A program made the translations under genes and the position numbers. DNA of 64,000 nucleotides from Bdellovibrionia bacterium (GTDB lineage Bacteria > Bdellovibrionota > UBA1018): assembly GCA_040399745.1 (NCBI GenBank), contig JBBARP010000001.1, forward strand, positions 170,617 to 234,616, read 5' to 3'. This document shows, piece by piece, positions 37,014 through 45,116 of this stretch (within the stretch, counting starts at the first letter, position 1; every line of letters begins with the position of its first letter). Under the pieces are notes generated by a model. That model was not told the DNA's origin. It made no database searches and was given only the letters and a program-made list of their open reading frames with translations.

Positions 37014-38564
37014 ATGGCGAGGATTCTGGTCGTAGGCGGCGCAGGTTACGTGGGCGGGGCAGCCGTGGCCCATTGGGTGGATCGCGGCGATCAGGTCTGG
37101 GTGCTCGACGATTTGTCGACAGGCCACCAGGTGACCGTCCTAGGTCAGGGCCTAACCGTGGCCCGAGCGGGCGATCAGGCTGTGGTGGGAAAGCTTTTAA
37201 AAGAGCACACCTTTGATGCCGTGGCTCATTTTGGGGCTTTTATTTCGGTCGGCGAAAGCGTTCAGAACCCATCGAAATACTTCGAAAATAACGTCGAGCA
37301 GACCCGCCTTTTACTCGAGACTTTGCTTGAAAACGGCGTGAAGCGCTTCATCTTCTCTTCCACCGCGGCCGTGTATGGCGAGACCGGGGAAGGCCCGATT
37401 CACGAGGAGCTGCCGCGAAAGCCCATCAACCCTTACGGGGAAACGAAGCTTCAAGTGGAGCAGCTTCTGGAAGAGTTTTCCCGCACGCGGGGGCTTCAGG
37501 CTGTGGCGTTTCGGTACTTCAACGCCGCCGGAGCAGAACCTAAACTTCGCACCGGAGAATGGCACGAAGAGGAGACGCACCTCATTCCTCGAATCTTGGA
37601 TGCCGCAATCGGTGGACGCTCGGTTCAAGTTTATGGCCGCGACTACGCCACACCGGATGGCACCTGCATTCGGGATTACATCCACGTGACGGATCTGGCG
37701 CGCGCCCATGCAGCGGGGCTCGACTGGCTTCTTGAGCAAACTGAGGGCGGCGTTTTTCAGGCCATGAATTTGGGCAGTGGGCATGGGTATTCGGTCTTGG
37801 AAGTGATTCAAGCCGCCGAAAAAGCCGTCGGTCGAAGGATCGAAGTGGTGTCTCACCCCAGGCGTGCTGGGGATTCGGCGCGGCTCGTGGCCGATGCTTC
37901 CAAAGCCAAAAAGCTTCTAGGCTTTCAGCCTCAGCTTGGCTTGGACCAAATCTTAGAGACGGCCTGGGCTTGGGAAAAAAAGCGGCGTGAGCCGAAGCGC
38001 GCGGTTTTCTTGGACCGCGATGGAACTCTGAACGTGGACCCGGGGTATTTAAATCATCCCGAGAAATTAGAACTGATTCCGGGCGTTCCCGAAGCGCTCA
38101 AACGCTTGAAAGAGGCGGGCTATTGGCTCGTGGTGGTTTCTAACCAATCGGGAGTGGGGCGGGGACTCATCCCGCTCGAAATGCTCCCCCGCATTCACGA
38201 TCGCATGGATGAAATCCTTCGGCCCAAGGGTGGTTCGATTGATGATTACTCGCTTTGCATTCATCACCCCGATGCAGGCTGCGATTGCCGAAAGCCAAAG
38301 CCTGGGCTTCTTCTGCAAGCAGCGCAGCGACTCGGGATCGATCTGAAAGCTTCGTTCATGGTGGGCGATAAGCCAGTCGATGTGGAAGCAGGGCGCGGAG
38401 CCGGAGTGCGCGGCTGTGTGGTCGTGCGGACCGGAGAAGGCAAAGGCACCGAAGCCGAGCTTTCTCGCTCAAGCCAACTCAAAGCCGATCACGTGGCAGA
38501 TGATTTGCTCGCAGCATCGGCTTGGATTTTAGCCCAGGGATTGCCGGCTTCCTCGAGCGCGTGA
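37014..38564 (+). CDS. galE: Fusion of UDP-glucose 4-epimerase (GalE) and D,D-heptose-1,7-bisphosphate phosphatase (GmhB-like HAD IIIA)
   Basis: GGAGYVG, YGETK, DGTCIRDYIHV, then in frame FLDRDGT, SNQSG, CIH...CDCRKPKPG, MVGD. Confidence 0.92.
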   Translation: MARILVVGGAGYVGGAAVAHWVDRGDQVWVLDDLSTGHQVTVLGQGLTVARAGDQAVVGKLLKEHTFDAVAHFGAFISVGESVQNPSKYFENNVEQTRLLLETLLENGVKRFIFSSTAAVYGETGEGPIHEELPRKPINPYGETKLQVEQLLEEFSRTRGLQAVAFRYFNAAGAEPKLRTGEWHEEETHLIPRILDAAIGGRSVQVYGRDYATPDGTCIRDYIHVTDLARAHAAGLDWLLEQTEGGVFQAMNLGSGHGYSVLEVIQAAEKAVGRRIEVVSHPRRAGDSARLVADASKAKKLLGFQPQLGLDQILETAWAWEKKRREPKRAVFLDRDGTLNVDPGYLNHPEKLELIPGVPEALKRLKEAGYWLVVVSNQSGVGRGLIPLEMLPRIHDRMDEILRPKGGSIDDYSLCIHHPDAGCDCRKPKPGLLLQAAQRLGIDLKASFMVGDKPVDVEAGRGAGVRGCVVVRTGEGKGTEAELSRSSQLKADHVADDLLAASAWILAQGLPASSSA

Positions 38565-38620
38565 TAGCCCTGAAACGAATCGGCGGGGGTGGAGCCGACA
38601 AACGTTTTAGGGGTGGGTCG

Positions 38621-39256
38621 ATGCGAAAGTCCTTCCAAGTGCGGCTTTGGGGAATGGGTCTGATCCTAGCTTTTTCGCTTCTTGCTGAACTGCCTGAGGC
38701 CCGTGCGATGGGACGCGGCCCCTTAAGAGGCGAACTTCGCTTGGCAGAAGGCCATCCCGAGCGGCCGATTGTTTTCATCGATAAGGACCTGATGAAGCGG
38801 GCCGTGATTGGCGGAAAAGCTCAGCTCAGGCTGTCAAACGGGCGCGGAAACTTCGTTCTGAAAACGGAGTTTGGCGAAACGATTGAAGTAAAAGTCCCGC
38901 AATTTCGGAAAAAGGGCTCGGACCTGACTCGCTTCACTTTGCGCGGCGCTGACTTTGGCCAGCCGCTGGATTGGCGCGCTGAGATGCTGGTTCGAATCAC
39001 CGAGTGGGAAGACTCGCGGCGCATTTTGGAATCGTGTCAGGCGGCGATGGAGTCTTGGTGCGCGGCACGTGGATGTCAGGGCACTCAGTGGGCGTATCAG
39101 CGCTTTCGGAAGCGCGAAGAGAATTTCGTCCTCGCGTTTGTGGCTCCCGAGACGGCCGAAGAATACGGCCGTTTTACTGCGGAGCCACACGTCGATAAGC
39201 GTGTTGTGGGATCACGCCCCGTGACTCCGTGCGTGCACCGACAGTTTTATCCGTAA
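38621..39256 (+). CDS. Exported hypothetical protein
   Basis: Signal-peptide-like N-terminus from ATG 38621; four Cys; fills gap between genes. Confidence 0.6.
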   Translation: MRKSFQVRLWGMGLILAFSLLAELPEARAMGRGPLRGELRLAEGHPERPIVFIDKDLMKRAVIGGKAQLRLSNGRGNFVLKTEFGETIEVKVPQFRKKGSDLTRFTLRGADFGQPLDWRAEMLVRITEWEDSRRILESCQAAMESWCAARGCQGTQWAYQRFRKREENFVLAFVAPETAEEYGRFTAEPHVDKRVVGSRPVTPCVHRQFYP

Positions 39257-40083
39257 GGCTGCGACGTCAGAAGTGACTCGAGTCCCAGGAATCGAAGGCT
39301 CTTCATCGGCATGCGGTCAAAGCCAGGAACGTGAAAAGCGAACAGGGCCTCAAGAAACGAGAAGAGTTTTTTGTGCTCTTCTGTCGAAGCTTGAAGGTGC
39401 GCGCTGATTCCTTTGATGGGCTGGTGAAGGGAAAGTTCGAGATCCAAAATGGCCAACGGCGAGAGGCTGAGGGAAAGCTGATGCACGTTGGCAGTTCCTA
39501 GCGCGCTTTGGCCACTTCGCTGGGTGGGCCGACACGCAGGACAGGTCCAGCCCGCGTCGGCAATGTGAGCTCGAAGCTGCGCTCCTGAAGCGATCGCCGA
39601 AGCGGTGATTCCGCATTCCAGGCAAGCGCCGATCGGGGGCTGATTGCCACTCCATTGCAGCACTTTCCCGAGGTAAGCGTTCAGAAGCCCGATCGAGCCG
39701 TGGCCCTCTTCGATCGCCGCAAGGGCGTTTGCGTGAAGTTTGAAAAGATCCGCGCAAGGTTCCCGCTCGGGCGCCACTTTCAGCATCACTTCGTTTAGAA
39801 GCGAGGCAAGGCTCAGGCGTTCGAAATCCTTTCGAAGACCCTCAAAGCTCCTTCGGATGGTGGCTTGATCGACCCGGTAAAGGTCTGCGCCTGGCTTTCC
39901 GACGAACGTCCATTCGGCAGCGGCAAAAGGTTCCAGAGCTCCGCCGAAGCGGCGCGATTGAATGGAGTTCCGGGCCATGGCGGAAATTCGGCCGTGGTTC
40001 TCGGTCAGCGCCGTGACGATTCGGTGGCGTTCCTCGAAAGGAACGGACCTAAGCGTGATGGCGAGGTCGCGCCGAGGCTCCAT
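39247..40083 (-). CDS. recO: DNA repair protein RecO
   Basis: AITLRSVPFEERHRIVTALTENHGRI, RRFGGALEPF, CLEC...CPAC zinc finger. Confidence 0.93.
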   Translation of the reverse strand: MEPRRDLAITLRSVPFEERHRIVTALTENHGRISAMARNSIQSRRFGGALEPFAAAEWTFVGKPGADLYRVDQATIRRSFEGLRKDFERLSLASLLNEVMLKVAPEREPCADLFKLHANALAAIEEGHGSIGLLNAYLGKVLQWSGNQPPIGACLECGITASAIASGAQLRAHIADAGWTCPACRPTQRSGQSALGTANVHQLSLSLSPLAILDLELSLHQPIKGISAHLQASTEEHKKLFSFLEALFAFHVPGFDRMPMKSLRFLGLESLLTSQPYG

Positions 40084-40097
40084 ACGTCTTTAAAACT

Positions 40098-40135
40098 CCT
40101 TGCCCCAGAGTCTTAGCACGGGCTCTGGGGCAAGG
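40098..40135 (-). terminator. 13-bp inverted repeat, probable terminator between the peptidase gene and recO
   Basis: CCTTGCCCCAGAG...CTCTGGGGCAAGG followed by AGTTTT on minus strand. Confidence 0.55.
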
Positions 40136-40142
40136 TGGGAAA

Positions 40143-41957
40143 TCACTGAGTCAATGACTGAGAAGAAGCCAGGCGGCCCTTCTCGATTAACGTGGTGCGA
40201 AGGCCCGTCATGTAGCGGTAGCTCATGCCGACGACTTCTTTTTTTCCTCGAGGTGCAATCAAGGTGATGGCCCCGAGTTCCCGGAGGCCCAGCGCCTGGG
40301 TCAGGTCAGTGCCGCCCAGTTGACCGAGCAGTTTTCCAAGAAGGCCTCGGTGGATATTCCGGGTTCGGGCCTCGGTTTGAATCGTTTCATCACCCAAGTC
40401 CAGGGTCAGGCTTGGGCCTACGGTGGTCTTCGTTTTCCCAGGGGTGACCAGGAGTCGCATCAGCTTGGGAGGTGCAAAGCGCGTGGCGGCGCTTGCTAGG
40501 CCTTGAGCTTCACGAAGGACATCCATCGCGTTTCGAGCCGCTTTGAAGTCGTCGTGATGGGTCCCTTCTGCAATGGGCAGCCGAGTTTCTGCATCCACGA
40601 TAGAAAGAACGGATTGATCGAGGGTCTTGACCAAGAGCCAAAGCGCGCGGCTCAGCACAGGAGTCACGCCGCGAGTCTGGCTCAGGCCCGAGCGCACCAG
40701 AATCCACTGAGTGAGGGCCCCATCCACGGCAGGGCCTGGAATGGGTTGCCCCAGGGATTCCACGAGCGTGCGTTCCCAAGAAGGGAAGGCCCAGAAGCTT
40801 TGCAGCGCGCTGCCCTCGGGGGATTCGATCCAGTAGTCGCTCGTTTTCTTTTCGCCTTCTCGTTCCGAAAGAGCCGGAAGAACGGAAGGATCAATGTCGA
40901 CTGAGGGCGACATGAGTCCACTCGATTCCCAAGCCTCAAGCGCCGCTGCGGAAAGAAGCTGGCCACTCGATGCCAAGGTTCCTGAGAAAGCGAGATTCAG
41001 TACGTGTGCACGAAACACGTCGCTCATGCGAAGCGTTGGCTTTCTTCCGAGTTCGAGCATCGCATCCAAGACGGCGCGATCGGCCTGACGTGGGTCGGCG
41101 GCAAGTTTTCTGAGGTGAATCAGCACGGACGCGACCACTTCTCCGACAGCGTGAGCTTCGGTGTCGCCCGTGGATTTCCTGATTTCGCTTTCGTCGCGGA
41201 TATTTCCTCCGCGAGTCATCACGCGGCCCATCACAGGCGATTCCAAAATCACGTAAGCCAAATAATCGGCAAACGCTTCGTGAAGACCGAAAGTTTCCGG
41301 GTTTAAGGCGCTTCCGATCAAAGCCTCAAACACCGAGTGCGCGGCTTCGTGAATGATGACCGCTGGATCGTTCGCAGAAGGTGCGGGGGTGCCGAGAGGT
41401 CCTACCGAAGCAAAGGACTTCTTCCCCTTCAAAAAAGTCAGCGACCAATTTCTTTCAAAAAAGAAAGCGTTGTTCGTGTTGGGAAGACCGTTCGTGGGGC
41501 TTTCCACGTCGCGGTCGATGTGGACGACCAGGCGTTTCGTGGGGCGAAAGCCATAGCCTTCCATGACGTCGAACATCCGGTTGGCCCAATAATAAACGTT
41601 GGCTTGGCGAATCAGATGCGACTCGGTGCGAGGGTCGGCGCGAAGTTCAAAGTCAGGGCCCACGGCAGCGGGCTTCGCTAGGCTCGAGCTGTCGCAACTT
41701 TCCGTGCAAACCACCATCCGCTCGTTCTGAAAAAAGACAGCCGGATAGGGGGATTGATAAGCGTGACTCGGAACGGAGACACTCACTTTGCCGAGAAGCA
41801 CATGAGGGATCTGAGTGGGCTGAAAATCTTTGAAGACCTGAGGACTCCTAGCCTCGTCGTAGCGACTGACTACAGGGAGCGTCACTTGGGACGCGGCCTG
41901 AGCCAAGGGGGTGGTACTGCTGAACAGGGCCACAACCAACCAGAGGCATCTCTTCAT
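40143..41957 (-). CDS. Secreted gluzincin metalloprotease (M4/M36-like) with unknown C-terminal domain
   Basis: NNAFF, HEAAH, GLHEAFADY, EAH; signal peptide. Confidence 0.8.
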   Translation of the reverse strand: MKRCLWLVVALFSSTTPLAQAASQVTLPVVSRYDEARSPQVFKDFQPTQIPHVLLGKVSVSVPSHAYQSPYPAVFFQNERMVVCTESCDSSSLAKPAAVGPDFELRADPRTESHLIRQANVYYWANRMFDVMEGYGFRPTKRLVVHIDRDVESPTNGLPNTNNAFFFERNWSLTFLKGKKSFASVGPLGTPAPSANDPAVIIHEAAHSVFEALIGSALNPETFGLHEAFADYLAYVILESPVMGRVMTRGGNIRDESEIRKSTGDTEAHAVGEVVASVLIHLRKLAADPRQADRAVLDAMLELGRKPTLRMSDVFRAHVLNLAFSGTLASSGQLLSAAALEAWESSGLMSPSVDIDPSVLPALSEREGEKKTSDYWIESPEGSALQSFWAFPSWERTLVESLGQPIPGPAVDGALTQWILVRSGLSQTRGVTPVLSRALWLLVKTLDQSVLSIVDAETRLPIAEGTHHDDFKAARNAMDVLREAQGLASAATRFAPPKLMRLLVTPGKTKTTVGPSLTLDLGDETIQTEARTRNIHRGLLGKLLGQLGGTDLTQALGLRELGAITLIAPRGKKEVVGMSYRYMTGLRTTLIEKGRLASSQSLTQ

Positions 41958-42075
41958 GCGCGGTCGCTACCGTGTGGGAACAAAAGGGGTCAAGGCGCGA
42001 GAGTCAGGGTTGTAAAATCGCAGTGTTTTCGGCCTGTTTTTGGCTAATGCGCCGCGCTAAATTATTTCGTGATGG

Positions 42076-42111
42076 AAAAGAAAAAGGGCGACTCGGTTTC
42101 CCAAGTCGCCC
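42076..42111 (-). terminator. Rho-independent terminator
   Basis: GGGCGACTTGG-GAAA-CCGAGTCGCCC followed by TTTTTCTTTT. Confidence 0.85.
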
Positions 42112-42141
42112 CTATGAAGTCAGGTCCGAACGGACGAAGTC

Positions 42142-42684
42142 TTACTTGAACTTGAAGCCGATGTTCAGGCCCATGTTCAAAGCTTGGCCGCCTTGAGTGT
42201 TCTCGCGGAAGCCGCCCATGAAGTGGAAGCCAGCCGTGGCCTTGCCGCCTGCGAGCGGGATATTCATCGCCAGTGCCAGTCCCGAGTCATGAATCGCTTC
42301 GTCGCTGATCGGCATTGCGTAGAATGCGCCCAAACCGATGTTCACGTTGTTCTTGCTCATGCGGTACATGGCCGGGAAGTAAGCTTGACTGTTGCTGTAG
42401 CGGTAATCGACGGTGGGAGTCTGGGTGTAGTCACCAGCGAAGGTGTTCGAAGCTTGGAAGAAAGGCTTAATCCAGATCGGACCAGCCATGACGTCGGCGC
42501 CGACTTGCCAGCCGTAAGCGATGCCGACGAGACCTTTCTTGTCCGTGGAGTCAGCATCAACCGAATAGTTGCTAATCGTGCCGCCGTGGATACCGCCGAA
42601 AGCGCCAAGTGACACGCCGCCATCAGCAGCTTGAGCGACCGAAACGGTAGCGAAGAACGCGAGAACCAGGTGTTTGAGTTTCAT
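42142..42684 (-). CDS. Small outer-membrane beta-barrel protein
   Basis: Signal peptide AQA; alternating Gly/aromatic strands; C-terminal LNIGFKFK; own terminator. Confidence 0.7.
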   Translation of the reverse strand: MKLKHLVLAFFATVSVAQAADGGVSLGAFGGIHGGTISNYSVDADSTDKKGLVGIAYGWQVGADVMAGPIWIKPFFQASNTFAGDYTQTPTVDYRYSNSQAYFPAMYRMSKNNVNIGLGAFYAMPISDEAIHDSGLALAMNIPLAGGKATAGFHFMGGFRENTQGGQALNMGLNIGFKFK

Positions 42685-42785
42685 GGAACCTTCTTAAAGG
42701 TGAGGGTGAAAATACAATGGGTTTGTATTTATAGTCCGGGGACTTCGCTTTTTCGTCAACATCGGTTGTTTGACGAAAGGGCCCC

Positions 42786-43919
42786 TCACTTCAGCATGGG
42801 GCGAATGATCTCGATCAGGAACAAAGCGATGATCGTGAGTTCCAAGATCTGATTTCTACGGGTCGTGATTTCGTCGTGAAGAAGTTCCGAAACTCGGGCT
42901 AATAGCGCCAGCTTCCGGTTCACGCCGTCTTTCCAGTCAGCAATTCGAAAGCGCCGAGCTGCGTTTCTGTAAACGGTCGCCAGATAAAAGTCGCCCACCA
43001 CTTTCAGCGAGTTATCCACGCGCTCGATGAATTCTGAGATCTCGATAAATCGGGCATTGGCCTCTCGGGCAGTGGTTCTGAAGCTATTGGTCCAGATTTT
43101 TTCCCGGCCTTCTTCGATGGCATCGTAAACGCCAGCCAATCGACGGTCGACCAAGTCATCGTAGCAGCGAAGTTCAAAGAGGTGCACCAATGCGAACTCG
43201 AGCACTTCCACTAAGTCCTGTCCGGCGCGATCAAAAACAATAGCGCTGTTCCAGTCGATGACCACGCAGTCCAGTTCCGTGTACTGAAGCAGGTACTGCA
43301 TCACTTCTTCGCGAGATTTGAGCGAAAGCTTTCCTGACTCCTCGCCCCAAAGAAGGGCTGCTAGGTCGAATTTTGAAGTCAGCTGTGTAGCCGTCTCGAC
43401 TCCCTCGACTTGGTTCAAAAGATAAATGACGTAATCTTCGACCAAATCGGCCGGATGGGTCTTGATGAGCGCAGGCTCAAGCGTTTTGACTAAGCCTTCG
43501 CAGCGACTCTTGGCTAGGCCTTCGATGGCTTCTGTACCGCCGCCCAGGCCGGGTTCGCTCAGTGAAGCGGCAATTTTTTCGAGTTCGCCCCACTTCAGGC
43601 CAGCGACGTTGAAATGAAAAGCGATAGAAACGGCGCCATAGTCCCAGACGGTTGCGATGATTTGGCAACTCAGTTGGTGGCCCGACAAGCGCATTTCGAC
43701 CGAACCCAGCGACAGGCGGATCGGAAATTGGCGAATGACCAGAGCGGAGCGCCTCGGAGGCGCAAGTTCAATGGGCGTGAGTTCGCGGCTAGCGCGGATC
43801 AAACGCTCGGCTTCGTGAAGCCGAATCTCGTCAGCGATGTCGAAGACCCGGTAGACCAGGACTTGGCCTTGGAGGATCTTGGTCTCGGAATGCGTCGTGA
43901 GAAGTGTGGGAGTATTCAC
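42786..43919 (-). CDS. Conserved hypothetical protein, RMD1/DUF155-like with C-terminal TM
   Basis: WDYGAVS, C-terminal NQILELTIIALFLIEI pattern. Confidence 0.55.
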   Translation of the reverse strand: MNTPTLLTTHSETKILQGQVLVYRVFDIADEIRLHEAERLIRASRELTPIELAPPRRSALVIRQFPIRLSLGSVEMRLSGHQLSCQIIATVWDYGAVSIAFHFNVAGLKWGELEKIAASLSEPGLGGGTEAIEGLAKSRCEGLVKTLEPALIKTHPADLVEDYVIYLLNQVEGVETATQLTSKFDLAALLWGEESGKLSLKSREEVMQYLLQYTELDCVVIDWNSAIVFDRAGQDLVEVLEFALVHLFELRCYDDLVDRRLAGVYDAIEEGREKIWTNSFRTTAREANARFIEISEFIERVDNSLKVVGDFYLATVYRNAARRFRIADWKDGVNRKLALLARVSELLHDEITTRRNQILELTIIALFLIEIIRPMLK

Positions 43920-43945
43920 CGTCCTTTGATTTTCCGGCGGCGCGG

Positions 43946-43974
43946 TTGACCGGTCAAGACGGGCCGCTTACGCT
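43946..43974 (+). promoter_or_regulatory. Sigma70 promoter inside a TTGACCGGTCAA palindrome shared by divergent genes
   Basis: TTGACC-N17-TACGCT, 6 nt before ATG 43981; mirrored TTGACC-N17-GAAAAT on minus strand. Confidence 0.6.
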
Positions 43975-43980
43975 GCGGGG

Positions 43981-45111
43981 ATGGCGGCAAAAAGGGTGCA
44001 GGTGGGGTGCGGCTTTTTGGGGTTGGGTCTGCTTTTGGCGCAGAGCGCGCTGGCGGATGTGCCCATGCATTCGCCAGCTTGGCTGAAGCAGCACGGGTAT
44101 CGGCCGGCTTCGTCACTTGCGTGGCGCCCGGCAACGGTTGCCGATTCAGTTGAAGTGAAGCGCCTTGCGCCGCCTCAAATTCCTCATGCTGAGCACTCTC
44201 TTCCTTGGCCGGTCGCGTTTGCGGATCGCGGAAAAACGGTCGCAAACTCGATGGCTCAGTTTCAGCCTTTCGGGAGTCCTTATTTCCATGGTGGTTGCGA
44301 CCTTCGAATTGCTCGCCGCGCAGAAGTGATTGCGCCGGTTTCAGGAAAGCTCGAGGCGGGCCACTACGATTACGAAAACCGTCCCGATGGCTCAATGGTG
44401 AAGTACTTCAAGCCTTGGCCCGAGTCGGGGGAGGCGCTCTACTTTGAACTCGCCATTGTGACTCGCGAGGGTTTCCGCTTCGAGCTGCACCACGTGGATC
44501 GTGCGTCTCTATCGCCGCGAGTTCTAGATTTGCTCAAGGCGGGGGCTGGCGAAGTCAGTGCAGGAGAAGTCTTAGCTCGCGCTGTGGCTTGGCCGTCGGG
44601 CGACTACGATCACATTCACTACAATGTGATTGATCCCTCGGGCATTCGGATTAATCCCGAGTGGGTTTCGCCCTTGATCTTAGACACCCAGCCACCGAAA
44701 GTTCAGGAAGCGCTTTGGGTGCTGAAAAATGGTTTAGTGCGGCCCTTCGGAAACGGAACCTCGCGGGACCAGCCAGCGGAACTCGTTCTTCACGTCAGTG
44801 ACAGAAAGGACGGGAACCCCTACGAGCAGCCGCCCGTTCAGGCTCGGATTGAGTTTCGAAGTGGCCTTCAAGCAGGCTGGGATTTTTCCCGGTTCTTGGG
44901 GCGTGCCGACGGCTCTTGGGCACCGATCTGGGACGTTCTTCGCGAGAGCATCCGCTCGCCCACCCAAGGCACGATTCGAACCGAAGGCGGCTACGGACTG
45001 GGGAAAGCACTTCTTCGCTTACCGGTACCTGCGGGCGCTCGCGGGCCCTTCACGGTCACTTTGGTCGATCCTGCCGGAAATGAGACCCTTTTGTCCGGCG
45101 ATCTTCAGTAG
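43981..45111 (+). CDS. Secreted M23-like metallopeptidase
   Basis: HGGCD (HxxxD), VIAPVSG and DHIHY (HxH); signal peptide. Confidence 0.7.
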   Translation: MAAKRVQVGCGFLGLGLLLAQSALADVPMHSPAWLKQHGYRPASSLAWRPATVADSVEVKRLAPPQIPHAEHSLPWPVAFADRGKTVANSMAQFQPFGSPYFHGGCDLRIARRAEVIAPVSGKLEAGHYDYENRPDGSMVKYFKPWPESGEALYFELAIVTREGFRFELHHVDRASLSPRVLDLLKAGAGEVSAGEVLARAVAWPSGDYDHIHYNVIDPSGIRINPEWVSPLILDTQPPKVQEALWVLKNGLVRPFGNGTSRDQPAELVLHVSDRKDGNPYEQPPVQARIEFRSGLQAGWDFSRFLGRADGSWAPIWDVLRESIRSPTQGTIRTEGGYGLGKALLRLPVPAGARGPFTVTLVDPAGNETLLSGDLQ

Positions 45112-45116
45112 CTGAT

